Below are positions 18,175 to 27,680 of a stretch of DNA of 64,000 nt, piece by piece. The position numbers and the translations under genes are program-made. Numbering within the stretch: position 1 is the stretch's first letter; each line of letters begins with the position of its first letter. The notes beneath the pieces are model-generated. The model was not told the origin of the DNA. It saw only the letters and a program-made list of their open reading frames with translations, and searched no databases. Where the stretch lies: positions 96,001 through 160,000 of the forward strand of contig JBMFSH010000002.1 of the NCBI GenBank assembly GCA_049967655.1. Direction: 5' to 3'. This stretch comes from Acidobacteriota bacterium (GTDB lineage: Bacteria; Acidobacteriota; UBA4820; DSQY01).

Positions 18175-19948
18175 ACCGTTGGTCGATCACCCGCCGCTTG
18201 ACCTTCAGGGTGGGCGTCAGCTCCCCCTCCTCCTGGCTGAGCTCCCTGGGCAGCAGCTTACAGCGCTTCACCTGCTCGTAGCGAGACAGGTTGGCATTGG
18301 CTCGTTCGATGACGTGGCCGAACAGGTGCTTCACCACCGGCTCCTCCACCAGGTCCCGCGGATCGATCTTGTTTATGCCCTTGGAGCGGGCGTAGTCGAT
18401 GACGTTGTCCCAGTTGGGAACGATCAGGGCGGTGATGTAGGGGCGACGATCGCCGATCAGGACGGCCTGGGAGACGTACTTGTTCATCTTGAGGAGGTTC
18501 TCGATGGGCTGCGGCGCCACGTTCTTGCCGCCCGCCGTAACGATGAGCTCCTTCTTCCGGTCCGTGATGAAGAGGTAGCCGTCCTCGTCGAGGCGGGCGA
18601 TGTCGCCCGTGGCGAACCAGCCGTCCTCGGTGAGCACCTCGCGCGTTTCCGCCGGCATCTTGTAGTAGCCGCTCATCACGTTGGGGCCCCGCACCCAGAG
18701 CTCTCCGTCCTCGGCGATGCGGACCTCCACGTTGGTGAGGGCGCGCCCCGGCGAGCCGAAGCGGATCCGGTCGGTGCCGTCGGCATCCACCTCGTTCACG
18801 GTGACGACGGGCGACGTCTCCGTCAGGCCGTAGCCCTCGGCGACGGGGAGGCCGCAGCCGTAAAAGAACACCGCGAGGTGCCGAGGGAGGGGGGCCCCAC
18901 CTGAGACGAAGAAGCGAATCCGCCCGCCGACCTTCTCCCGCAGCTTCTTCCCCAGGATCTTGTCGGCGATGGACCTTCTGAAGGCCAGCCCGACCGGGAT
19001 CTTCCCGGCCTTCTTCGCTTCGGCCCACGCGCTCAGGGTGTCCATGCTCCAATGGATGAGACCCTTCTTGAGGCGGGAGGAGTGCGCCGCCTGCTCCATG
19101 AGGCGCGCATAGACCTTCTCGTAGAGGCGGGGAACGGCCGCCATGACCGTGGGCTTCACCTCGGCCAGGTTCTCGGCGACCTTGTCGATGCTCTCCGCAT
19201 AGGCGATGGTCATTCCCTTCCAGAAGAAGCAGTAGTCGATCATACGCTCGAGGGAGTGGCTGAGCGGGAGGAAGACGAGACCCCGGTCGGTCTCGTCGAT
19301 GGCCAGGTATTGCATGCCGGCCCGGCAGTTCTCCACGAAGCACTTGTGTTCGAGCAGGACGCCCTTCGGCACGCCCGTGGTCCCAGAGGTGTAGATGATC
19401 GTCGCCAGGTCTCCCGGCTTCACGGTGCCAGCCACCCGGCGGTGCACTCCCGGGTTTTTAGCCGCGAAATCCACTCCCCACTGAAGGATGGTGTCCCAGG
19501 GGAGCAGCTCGCTCGGCCCCTTCGGAGGGGGGTCCATGATCACGATGTTCCGAAGGCGCTTCAGCGAGTCTTTCTGGGAGAGGAGCTTGTTGGCCTGATC
19601 CTCGTTGGAGACGATGGCCACCTCGGCGTCTGAATTCCCCACGATGTAGGCGCTCTCGACCGCGTTCAGCGTGGCGTAAAGGGGTACGTTGACCGCCGCT
19701 GCGGTGAGGATGGCGTAGTCGGCCATGAGCCACTTGGGGCGGTCCTCCGAGATCAGGGCCACCTTGTCGCCCGGCTTCACCCCCAGGGCCATGAGGCCGC
19801 AGGAGAACCGCTCCACCGTCCGGGCCACCTCCTCGGAGGAGACCACCTCCCAGAGCCCCTTCTTCTTGCGCATCAGGAGGTCCGGCCTTTTCAGGTTGTC
19901 CACGGTGTTGAAATACAGGTCGCACAGGGTCCGAATTTCAGCCATCAC
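18113..19948 (-). CDS. Long-chain fatty acid-CoA ligase
   Basis: IYTSGTTGVPKGV, EGYGLTETSP, TGDIA, TDRKKELIVTAGGKNVAP. Confidence 0.93.
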   Translation of the reverse strand: MMAEIRTLCDLYFNTVDNLKRPDLLMRKKKGLWEVVSSEEVARTVERFSCGLMALGVKPGDKVALISEDRPKWLMADYAILTAAAVNVPLYATLNAVESAYIVGNSDAEVAIVSNEDQANKLLSQKDSLKRLRNIVIMDPPPKGPSELLPWDTILQWGVDFAAKNPGVHRRVAGTVKPGDLATIIYTSGTTGVPKGVLLEHKCFVENCRAGMQYLAIDETDRGLVFLPLSHSLERMIDYCFFWKGMTIAYAESIDKVAENLAEVKPTVMAAVPRLYEKVYARLMEQAAHSSRLKKGLIHWSMDTLSAWAEAKKAGKIPVGLAFRRSIADKILGKKLREKVGGRIRFFVSGGAPLPRHLAVFFYGCGLPVAEGYGLTETSPVVTVNEVDADGTDRIRFGSPGRALTNVEVRIAEDGELWVRGPNVMSGYYKMPAETREVLTEDGWFATGDIARLDEDGYLFITDRKKELIVTAGGKNVAPQPIENLLKMNKYVSQAVLIGDRRPYITALIVPNWDNVIDYARSKGINKIDPRDLVEEPVVKHLFGHVIERANANLSRYEQVKRCKLLPRELSQEEGELTPTLKVKRRVIDQRYAHLIEELYAANGNHEERCD

Positions 19949-19989
19949 CCCCTCCTCCGTTGAATGTCAGTCTAACACGGCGCCCGCGC

Positions 19990-20598
19990 TCAGCGGACCA
20001 GGCCCCCCGCGGGAACGTTGATGCCCAGGACCCCGTCCACCCAGTGGTCCCCATCCCTGACGAAGGGCACCGCCACGTAAGCCAGGCCGGTGGGTTCGAA
20101 GAGGCACTCCACTCCCGTGACGTCGCCGGCCCTGTCCAGATAGGCCAGCCAGGTCAGGCGGGCCATCTCGGGAAGGTCCGCCGGATCCAGCACTCCCTCC
20201 AGGACGGGGGCCTCTCCCGGCTCCAGGGCGATGCTCGCCGGAGCCAGGGCGTAGCGGAGCGTCAGGTTGTCATAGAGAGCCGCCCTCGGGCTCCAGAAGG
20301 CCGGGAAGAACAGGGGCCCCAGGGGAGTGAGGCGGTCGTAGGCCCTCCTGCGCTCCTCGTTCGGCGCGCGCCAGCTCGCCTTGCCCTCCAGCCGCCAGAA
20401 GGGGACGTAGATCGTCTCTCCCGAACCTGCGCCCGCCGAAGGTTTGGCGTACAGGAGGGGGAAGGGTCTCGGAGATCGGTGCATGGAAACCGCCAAGCGG
20501 CAGGGGTGGCAGAGAAAGACGAGGGCCCTCTCGCCTCCCGCCAGCTCGCCTCCGCACCGCGGACAGTCCAGAGGAATCAGCAGGGGCTCGCCGCTCAT
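19990..20598 (-). CDS. Zinc-ribbon hypothetical protein (paralog 3, no clear TM)
   Basis: MSGEPLLIPLDCPRCGG...CHPC, IYVPFWR; start overlaps the upstream stop. Confidence 0.75.
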   Translation of the reverse strand: MSGEPLLIPLDCPRCGGELAGGERALVFLCHPCRLAVSMHRSPRPFPLLYAKPSAGAGSGETIYVPFWRLEGKASWRAPNEERRRAYDRLTPLGPLFFPAFWSPRAALYDNLTLRYALAPASIALEPGEAPVLEGVLDPADLPEMARLTWLAYLDRAGDVTGVECLFEPTGLAYVAVPFVRDGDHWVDGVLGINVPAGGLVR

Positions 20599-21764
20599 AG
20601 GCCCCACCGCTCCAGCCCCTTGGTGGCTCCGCCAAGGATGGCCTCCACGAAGAACCGCAGCAGCCCGTTGACCGGAGCCATGGGGCTCTTGGGCACGGGT
20701 CCCGCGGCGTCCACCCTCGCGCCGCCGCCTCCCAGGCGGACCACGAACGGGGCCCGGATCAGCAGCCAAGCCGCGTTGAGTCCCAGCGCAATGAGTGAGA
20801 AGAGGAGCACGCCCACTATCGCCAGGACGCGCACCACGGCCCAGCGCCCCTGGCCCTGCGCGAGCTCCTGGCCGGCGCTGAGGGCGCCGGCGATGGCCGA
20901 GAGGAGCTGGCCGACGAAGAAACCCAGGCCCGCGGTCATGACGAGGCCGGCTACGACCGCGTAGTCCCTGCGGAAGGGGAGGTGGCCCGACACCCATCGC
21001 CCGCCCACCTCCTCCACCGTCACGGCATAGAACTGGCCGCCGTAGCGGAAGGTCAGGGTCTGAACCGGAATGTAGAGAAGCGCCGGCTGGAGCTGCATGA
21101 CCTTGAGCTCTCCCGCCGCCGACTGGACGGCCTTCACGCCGATATCGAGAATCCTCTCGAGGGGGATGTCCACATCCACCACCTCGCCCTGGCCCGCCAG
21201 CTCCGCGATGTCGGCGGGCACCGCGCGGTCCAGGCTCTCCTTCACGGCGTCCCGAAGGTCCACGTCCAAAAGGTCCCAGTTGGTGAGGGCCGCCGCGGAG
21301 TAGATGTAGCGGAAGTCGCCCAGGATCACGCGGCTGTCCTCCTCCACGCGGACCTCCGTCTTCGGTCGTTCGAAGGTGCGCTGAAACGGCTTGCGGATGG
21401 CGACCTCGTCCAGTCCAGCCAGGCCGGCCGCGGGGTCTTGCACCACCCGCTCCCTGCCGATGGCCAGTACGCCGCCCCTCTTGCCGGTGAGGAGATAGAA
21501 GGGGAGATAGCTCCTTTGCCGCTGCACGAGGAGCGCCCTGCGGCTGAGGTCCGACGGGAGCCAGCGGCCGCGCAGCAGGGCCCGCGCCGCGGCCTGCAGC
21601 TCCTGCTCGCCCATGGAGGGCGGGAGCAGGTATCGCGGGAGAAAGCCCGGTTCGCGGTAGAAGAGCGGCTTGCCGCAGAATTCGCAGATCATCTTTCGGG
21701 CGGCCAGCGGCGGGCCGACCGTTCCCCCGCACGCGGGGCAGCTCAGCGCCCTCGGTCCACTCAC
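20595..21764 (-). CDS. Zinc-ribbon membrane protein (paralog 2)
   Basis: GTG start in a GTGA overlap; CPACGG...CEFCG, YLPFY, LYIPV, C-terminal TM helices. Confidence 0.75.
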   Translation of the reverse strand: MSGPRALSCPACGGTVGPPLAARKMICEFCGKPLFYREPGFLPRYLLPPSMGEQELQAAARALLRGRWLPSDLSRRALLVQRQRSYLPFYLLTGKRGGVLAIGRERVVQDPAAGLAGLDEVAIRKPFQRTFERPKTEVRVEEDSRVILGDFRYIYSAAALTNWDLLDVDLRDAVKESLDRAVPADIAELAGQGEVVDVDIPLERILDIGVKAVQSAAGELKVMQLQPALLYIPVQTLTFRYGGQFYAVTVEEVGGRWVSGHLPFRRDYAVVAGLVMTAGLGFFVGQLLSAIAGALSAGQELAQGQGRWAVVRVLAIVGVLLFSLIALGLNAAWLLIRAPFVVRLGGGGARVDAAGPVPKSPMAPVNGLLRFFVEAILGGATKGLERWGL

Positions 21765-22477
21765 GGCCCGCCCTCCTGGAAGAATCGTCGCACGGCGGGA
21801 TAGGCGGCCGCCGCGCTCCCCGCCACCACCGCGAGGCTCCAGATGCCCCGCAGGAGGAAGGCCTCGGCGGTGAAGACCAGGAACAGGAGAGTCAACACCG
21901 CCCAGAAGCGCCGCGAAATCTGCGTGGTCTGAGGGGGCGGGCCCTCTCCCAAATGGACCTTGCCCGTGACCCCGTCGATCCAGGCCGAGTAGCTCTTGTC
22001 CGCACCGTAGGTCAGCCGGTAGAAGGGCACCATGACCAGGCTGAACCGGCCCGATGCCTCGCGCCCGTGCCACTGGGCCGAGGCGCTCTCCGCGCAGGGC
22101 AGCACCGCGAAGCCGCTCGCGGCCTCCTCGGAAAAGTAGGCGGCGCCGGCCGAAGGCAGGCTGAAGCCGTGCAGGGCGGGAGGCTGGGGGCTGAAGGCGG
22201 CGATGGTCCTCCGTCCGCCCTCCTCCTGAACGCTCCAAAACGGAAGGAGCTCCGGAGCCACGGACTGAACGGGAAGGGAGGGCATTTCCGCCTCCGCCAG
22301 GGCCTCTCCCAGGAGCAACTCCACCCTGGCCCGGGGCACGGCGGGCGGAATCAGAAACCGCTGGAAGGTCTGAGCCCGATCCAGGTAGAGGGTGGAACCG
22401 CAGAAGGGACAGCGGAGGAAGGGCTCGTCCCGTTCAAGCGCAATCTTCCCGGCGCAGTTCGCGCAGCGGACCTCCAT
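21761..22477 (-). CDS. Zinc-ribbon membrane protein (paralog 1, YdjG-like)
   Basis: CANC...CPFCGS, LLPFW, VPFY, IDGVTG, two C-terminal TM helices; GGAGAGG RBS. Confidence 0.8.
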   Translation of the reverse strand: MEVRCANCAGKIALERDEPFLRCPFCGSTLYLDRAQTFQRFLIPPAVPRARVELLLGEALAEAEMPSLPVQSVAPELLPFWSVQEEGGRRTIAAFSPQPPALHGFSLPSAGAAYFSEEAASGFAVLPCAESASAQWHGREASGRFSLVMVPFYRLTYGADKSYSAWIDGVTGKVHLGEGPPPQTTQISRRFWAVLTLLFLVFTAEAFLLRGIWSLAVVAGSAAAAYPAVRRFFQEGGP

Positions 22478-22556
22478 CGTCCCTCTCCACGGCCCTGGAA
22501 ACTTAAACCCCTCTCCCGATCATGGCACGCAGCTCGAATCGGACTCGAACGCCATC

Positions 22557-23963
22557 TTACCGCCCATTCCGTCTTCCTTCCAGCATCCCGGCCAGCCTCC
22601 GCGGCAGGTCGTAGAAACTCCCGCTGGAAAAGAAGGCCACGAGATCCCCGCCCTTCAGCCGACCGCCGAACCACTCCAAGTATTCCTCCGGCGAGGCCAT
22701 GACCTCGGCCTCCTTTCCCGCCGCCCTCAGCGCGGAGGCCACGAGGACGAGGTCGAGCCGCTCCTCCGCTGGAATCTTCCCCGGGCCCGGCATGGGACCG
22801 AGAAGGACGGCCTGGGCCAGCGCAAAGGCCGTGGGCAGGGAATCCTGATGCTGCCGGGTCTGGCACGTGAAGGAGCGGGGCTCGAAACAGGCCACGATGC
22901 GGCGGCCCGAGAAGCGCTGCGCCAGTGCGCCGAGCGTCTCGCGGATGGCCGTCGGGTGATGCGCGAAGTCGTCCACGATGGTGATTCCGCCGCCGTCGAA
23001 CACCACCTCCTGCCGACGGCGGACCCCCGGGAAACCGGCCAGCGCCTCGCGCAATGCCTCCAGGGGGGCGCCGGCTTCCAGGCATGCGCCGAGCGCGGCG
23101 ATGGAGTTCCTGAGGTTGTGGGCGCCGCTCAAGGGGCTGGCGAAGGGGCCCAGCCGCACTCCCGCCCGGACCAGGTCGAATCGCGCGCCCGCCGGAGTGA
23201 AGGCCACCGCGGCCGCGGTCCACTCCTCCGTTCCGGTGAGGCCGAAGCTCTGGACCCGCCGCCCAGCGAGGGGCGCGAGTTTCCTCACCGACGGGCTCTC
23301 CACGCCGAGGAGGACCAGCCCCTCCGGGCGCACCGCGCCGAAGAGGCGCACGAAGGCCGTTTCGAGCTCGCCCAGGGTCCTGAAATTGTCCAGGTGGTCC
23401 ATCTCGATGTTGTTCACGATCAGGAGGCTGGGAGCGTAATGCAGAAATTTCGGCCCCTTGTCGAAGTAGGCCGTCTCGTACTCGTCGCCCTCGAGGACGG
23501 TCCACTCCCCTCCGCCCCAGAGGAAGGAACTTTCCAGACCCCTCACGACGCCGCCCACGATGAGGTTGGGCGCGAGTCCGGCCCTCTCCAGCAGGTAGCC
23601 GCAGAGGGCCGTGGTCGTGGTCTTGCCGTGGGTTCCCGCCACCACGAGGCTCCTGCGCCCTTGTACCGCGAAGCGCCCGATCGCCTCGGCCATGGATAGG
23701 TAGTCGATGCCCTCGTCCACCGCGGCTCGGGCTTCAGGGTTGTCTGAATGAATCGCGTTGCCGATGACCACGAGATCCGGCCGAGGATGTAGGTGTGCCG
23801 GATCAAACCCCTGGGCCACGGGGATGCCGTAGCGCGCCACCATCTCGCTCATGGGCGGGTAGAGGGCCGTGTCGCACCCCGTCACCTCGTGTCCCTGCGC
23901 CTTCAGGAGCCCCGCGAGAGCCCCCATCCCCGTGCCGCCCACGGCCATCATGTGGATCCTCAT
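22557..23963 (-). CDS. mpl: Murein peptide ligase Mpl (MurC family)
   Basis: MRIHMMAVGGTGMG, YPPMS, AGTHGKTTT, EGDEYETAYFDK, DDFAHHPTAI. Confidence 0.92.
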   Translation of the reverse strand: MRIHMMAVGGTGMGALAGLLKAQGHEVTGCDTALYPPMSEMVARYGIPVAQGFDPAHLHPRPDLVVIGNAIHSDNPEARAAVDEGIDYLSMAEAIGRFAVQGRRSLVVAGTHGKTTTTALCGYLLERAGLAPNLIVGGVVRGLESSFLWGGGEWTVLEGDEYETAYFDKGPKFLHYAPSLLIVNNIEMDHLDNFRTLGELETAFVRLFGAVRPEGLVLLGVESPSVRKLAPLAGRRVQSFGLTGTEEWTAAAVAFTPAGARFDLVRAGVRLGPFASPLSGAHNLRNSIAALGACLEAGAPLEALREALAGFPGVRRRQEVVFDGGGITIVDDFAHHPTAIRETLGALAQRFSGRRIVACFEPRSFTCQTRQHQDSLPTAFALAQAVLLGPMPGPGKIPAEERLDLVLVASALRAAGKEAEVMASPEEYLEWFGGRLKGGDLVAFFSSGSFYDLPRRLAGMLEGRRNGR

Positions 23964-24160
23964 CGCCCCTCCCTCACAACAGGCCCGAGCCGGCCCACTC
24001 GCCGTGCTCGCGGAATGAGCATGATAAACCAGGGACAACCAAAAATGCAGGGTGAGGGCCACCCGGGGCCGGCCTCCGCAACCCGGCGGGGACGAGAGAT
24101 CGAGCTCGTCTTCCTTGAAATCGGCTGGGCTTCTTGCTACCTTGGCGCAGCGGAGGCCCC

Positions 24161-25459
24161 ATGCGGGAAGCAGCGAGGATTGCGCTTGAAAACGGTGTGG
24201 TGGGCGCCGGCGGGGCCGGCTTTCCAACCCACGTCAAACTCTCGGCCTCCGCGGACACCTTCGCCGTCAACGCCGCCGAGTGCGAGCCCCTTCTCTACAA
24301 GGACCAACAAATCCTCGAGCGCTTCCTTCCGGAGTTCTCGGCGGGGCTTCTCCTTTGCGGCGAAGCCGTGGGCGCGCGGCGGCTGATCGTGGGGATCAAG
24401 GACAAACACCACGAACTCATGGAGAGGCTGCGCGACGAGCTCCCCCCTCAGGTGGAGGTCTGCCCCCTGCCCGACACCTACCCCTCCGGCGACGAGCACC
24501 TGCTGGTCTTTGACACCACCGGCCGCTCCATTCCCAAGGGCGGAATTCCTCTGGACGTAGGCGTCGTCGTCAACAACGTCGAGACGGTCTTGAACGTGGG
24601 CCTGCAAAGACCGGTCACCCATAAATTCCTCACCGTTTCGGGGGAGGTGCCCGAGGCCCTCACCTTTCGGGTGCCCATCGGGGTGAGCCTCCGAGAGCTG
24701 CTGCGTGCCGCCGGCGCCCCCATCGAGGGGATGGGCTTCATCGTCAACGGTCCGATGATGGGAAGGGTCACGGAGGACCTCGAACAGCCGGTCACCAAAA
24801 CCACCTCGGGAGTGCTGGTTCTTCCCGCGGACCACTCGCTCATCCTCCGGAAGGGCCGCAGTACGCAGGACGTCCACAAGATCGCCTACACCTGCGACCA
24901 GTGCATGCGGTGTTCCGATTTGTGCCCGAGGGACCTCCTGGGCCACTTCGTCAAACCCCACAAGGCCATGATCTCCATCGGCTTCGCGGCGGAAGAGAAG
25001 TTGGCCTGGCAGCAGACGGCCCTCTACTGCTGCGAATGCGCCCTCTGCACACTCTACGCCTGCCCCGAGGACCTGGACCCCTTCCGCATGATGGTGGAGA
25101 GCAAGCGCGCCCTCATGGCCCAGGGAATCCGGCCTCCCAAGGTGGCGGTGGAGCCCACCCCGCTGTACGATTTCCGCCGCACGCCCACGAGCCTGCTCAT
25201 CCGCCGGCTGGAGCTGGCGCCCTATCAGCATCCCCAGAAGTACGTGGAGATAGACCTGCATCCGAGCCGCCTTGAGCTGCCTCTCAAACAGCACACCGGA
25301 GCCCCCTCCACGCCCTCCGTCGGGAAGGGACGCTCGCTGCGCGGCGGGGAGCTGGTGGCGGACATCCCCGAGGGGAGCCTGGGCGCCAAGATCTTCACTC
25401 CCCTCGCGGGCCGCGTGGGCGAGGTTTCCCCGGAGCGCATCGTCGTGGAGGTCGCATGA
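24161..25459 (+). CDS. PduS-like (RnfC-related) flavin/[4Fe-4S] reductase
   Basis: GVVGAGGAGFPTHVKL, NAAECEPLL, YPSGDE, GPMMG, CDQCMRCSDLCP and CCECALCTLYACP, LKQHTGAP. Confidence 0.9.
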   Translation: MREAARIALENGVVGAGGAGFPTHVKLSASADTFAVNAAECEPLLYKDQQILERFLPEFSAGLLLCGEAVGARRLIVGIKDKHHELMERLRDELPPQVEVCPLPDTYPSGDEHLLVFDTTGRSIPKGGIPLDVGVVVNNVETVLNVGLQRPVTHKFLTVSGEVPEALTFRVPIGVSLRELLRAAGAPIEGMGFIVNGPMMGRVTEDLEQPVTKTTSGVLVLPADHSLILRKGRSTQDVHKIAYTCDQCMRCSDLCPRDLLGHFVKPHKAMISIGFAAEEKLAWQQTALYCCECALCTLYACPEDLDPFRMMVESKRALMAQGIRPPKVAVEPTPLYDFRRTPTSLLIRRLELAPYQHPQKYVEIDLHPSRLELPLKQHTGAPSTPSVGKGRSLRGGELVADIPEGSLGAKIFTPLAGRVGEVSPERIVVEVA

Positions 25460-26151
25460 GCCCCAAAATCCACCAAATCCGCGGGGCGGACCGCGGGCGC
25501 GGCCCCGCGCCGAAGAAGCCCAAGGCGGGCGCCGCTCCAATCCAGCCGCCGAAGGACAGCTACGGCGGCCAGAGGCGCGGACCCGCCGTCAAGGACGCCA
25601 TCGGCCTTCTGGAGCTGACTTCCATCGCCAAGGGGATCGAGGCCACGGACCTGATGCTCAAGGCCTCCGACGTGGAACTCCTGGCCAGCCGGTCCATCTG
25701 CTCTGGCAAGTACATGGTTCTGGTGCGAGGCGACGTGGCCGCCTGCACCTCCTCCGTGGCCGCGGGCGAAGAGGTGGCTCGGGAGGCCGTGGCCGACTCC
25801 ATCGTGATCCCCCACCTCCATCCCGAGATCTTTCCGGCCATCGCGCAGGCCTCGCTTGTGGAGGAGGTGGCGGCGCTGGGCATCCTTGAATCCTTCAACG
25901 TGGCCAGCCTGATCGAGGGCGCCGACACCGCCGTGAAGTCCTCCGAGGTCCACCTGATCGAGATCCGCCTGGCCATGGCCCTGGGGGGCAAGGCTTTCTG
26001 CGTGCTCACGGGACAAGTGGCCGCCGTGCGCTCGGCCGTGGAGGCCGGCAAATCCGTGATCGGAGCCAAGGGCGCATTGACCAACTGGGCGGTCATCCCC
26101 TCCCCCGATCGCGCGCTCGTCAAGGAAATTCTGGGTGGCCGCCTGATCTAG
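25456..26151 (+). CDS. PduT-like tandem BMC-domain shell protein (BMC-T) with N-terminal extension
   Basis: AIGLLELTSIAKG, ICSGKY (pore Cys), AD-x-AVK, IRLAMALGGKAF, VIPSP. Confidence 0.9.
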   Translation: MSPKIHQIRGADRGRGPAPKKPKAGAAPIQPPKDSYGGQRRGPAVKDAIGLLELTSIAKGIEATDLMLKASDVELLASRSICSGKYMVLVRGDVAACTSSVAAGEEVAREAVADSIVIPHLHPEIFPAIAQASLVEEVAALGILESFNVASLIEGADTAVKSSEVHLIEIRLAMALGGKAFCVLTGQVAAVRSAVEAGKSVIGAKGALTNWAVIPSPDRALVKEILGGRLI

Positions 26152-26178
26152 GGCGGCCCAAGCCATGGGAGACACGAG

Positions 26179-27531
26179 ATGAGATCGAGCACCGTCCCGA
26201 ACGGACCAACGGCCGGGGAAGGCCGGGCCTTTCCCCTCCTCCTCGTAGCTCTGGCTCTTTTCTCGACCTGCGCCGCCGTTGCGGCCCAGACCCCTCCGCC
26301 CGCTCCTCCCGAGAAGCAGATCACGGGGGTCATCACATCGAGCGGCTTCACCCAGCTCTCCATCGCCATTCCGCCGAGCAAGACGGAGGCCACGACGGCC
26401 GTCCAGGCCCAGGAGATCCTCTCCACGGTGACGGGCGATCTCGAGTTCTCGGGCTACTTCCAGCTCGTGGACCCCTCCCTTTTCGCCGGGATGAATCCGA
26501 ACGACACCAAGGTCGACTACGATGCATGGACGGGGATGAAGGCGGACTATCTCCTCCTCACCAACGTCTACGCCTCCGGGAACCAGCTCACCCTCGAAGG
26601 CCGGCTCTATGACATCAAGCGGAAGGAGATGGTGACGGGCAAGCGCATCAAGGGGCCCGCCCAGGACGTGCGGGTCCTGGCCCACAACCTCTCCTCCGTG
26701 ATCCTCGACTACCTCTTCGGCGCTGGGAGCTTCCCCACCAGCCAGATCCTCTTCACGTCGCACCTGGCCACCACCGAGGACATCTTTCTCTGCGACTACG
26801 ACGGGAAGAACATCCTCCGCCTCACGGCCATGGGCCAGCTCAACGTGACCCCCGACGTGAACCCCCAGGGCAACCTCATCGTCTTCACCTCCATCCTGAA
26901 AGACAGGCAGGAGATCTTCCTGCTGGACCGCCAGGGGCATCGGAGGAAGCTCTACGGCGACGGCGAGGGACTCAACTCCAACCCGCGGTTCTCCCACGAC
27001 GGCAAGACCGTGGCCTTCTGCTCTTCCCGGTCAGGAAACCCCGACATCTGGACCATCGGCGTGGACGGCAAGAATTTGACCCGGCTCACCTTCTCCTACG
27101 CCATCGACACCGCGCCCTGCTGGTCGCCCGATGACCAGCACATCGCCTTTACCTCCGATCGCTCCGGCTCTCCCCAGATCTATATCATGGACAGGGACGG
27201 CGCCAACGTGCGGCGGTTGAGTCCACCGGGCAGCGGGCGTTGCGATCAGCCCATCTGGTCTCCCCGCGGCGACAAGATCGCCTACAGTTGCTTCAAGGAC
27301 GGCCACTTCAACATCGCCGTGGCGGACCTGACCACCGGCGAGGTCACCTTTCTCACCCACGGGGAGGGAGACAACGAGGCGCCCTCCTGGTCGCCCGACG
27401 GGCGGTACCTGGCCTTCGCCAGCAACCGCTCCGGAAGCTATCAGATCTACATCATGCGTTGGGACGGGTCGGGAGTGACCCGAATCACAAACCAGCCGGA
27501 CTGCTATTCGCCCTGCTGGTTCAAGGGCTAA
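26179..27531 (+). CDS. tolB: TolB-like periplasmic beta-propeller
   Basis: Signal peptide, TolB N-domain (DLEFSGYF), PD40 repeats (PCWSPDD, FTSDRSGSPQIY, PSWSPDG). Confidence 0.88.
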   Translation: MRSSTVPNGPTAGEGRAFPLLLVALALFSTCAAVAAQTPPPAPPEKQITGVITSSGFTQLSIAIPPSKTEATTAVQAQEILSTVTGDLEFSGYFQLVDPSLFAGMNPNDTKVDYDAWTGMKADYLLLTNVYASGNQLTLEGRLYDIKRKEMVTGKRIKGPAQDVRVLAHNLSSVILDYLFGAGSFPTSQILFTSHLATTEDIFLCDYDGKNILRLTAMGQLNVTPDVNPQGNLIVFTSILKDRQEIFLLDRQGHRRKLYGDGEGLNSNPRFSHDGKTVAFCSSRSGNPDIWTIGVDGKNLTRLTFSYAIDTAPCWSPDDQHIAFTSDRSGSPQIYIMDRDGANVRRLSPPGSGRCDQPIWSPRGDKIAYSCFKDGHFNIAVADLTTGEVTFLTHGEGDNEAPSWSPDGRYLAFASNRSGSYQIYIMRWDGSGVTRITNQPDCYSPCWFKG

Positions 27532-27680
27532 AAAGGACCTGCGGGGGAGGGAATCATGCGCTCGCTGGGGAATCGGCGGATCGGGGCTGACAGGACAGTC
27601 CGCGGCCTTTCGGTTGAGCTGGCTGCGACGGTTCGGGTTCCCGGGCGAACCGGCCCTTCGGCCCTCCGGCCGGTACTGCG

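Noticed and set aside
23964..24160. Cobalamin riboswitch upstream of the pduS-like gene
   Set aside because: No B12-box or GGGAA/GCAACTG core elements recognised.
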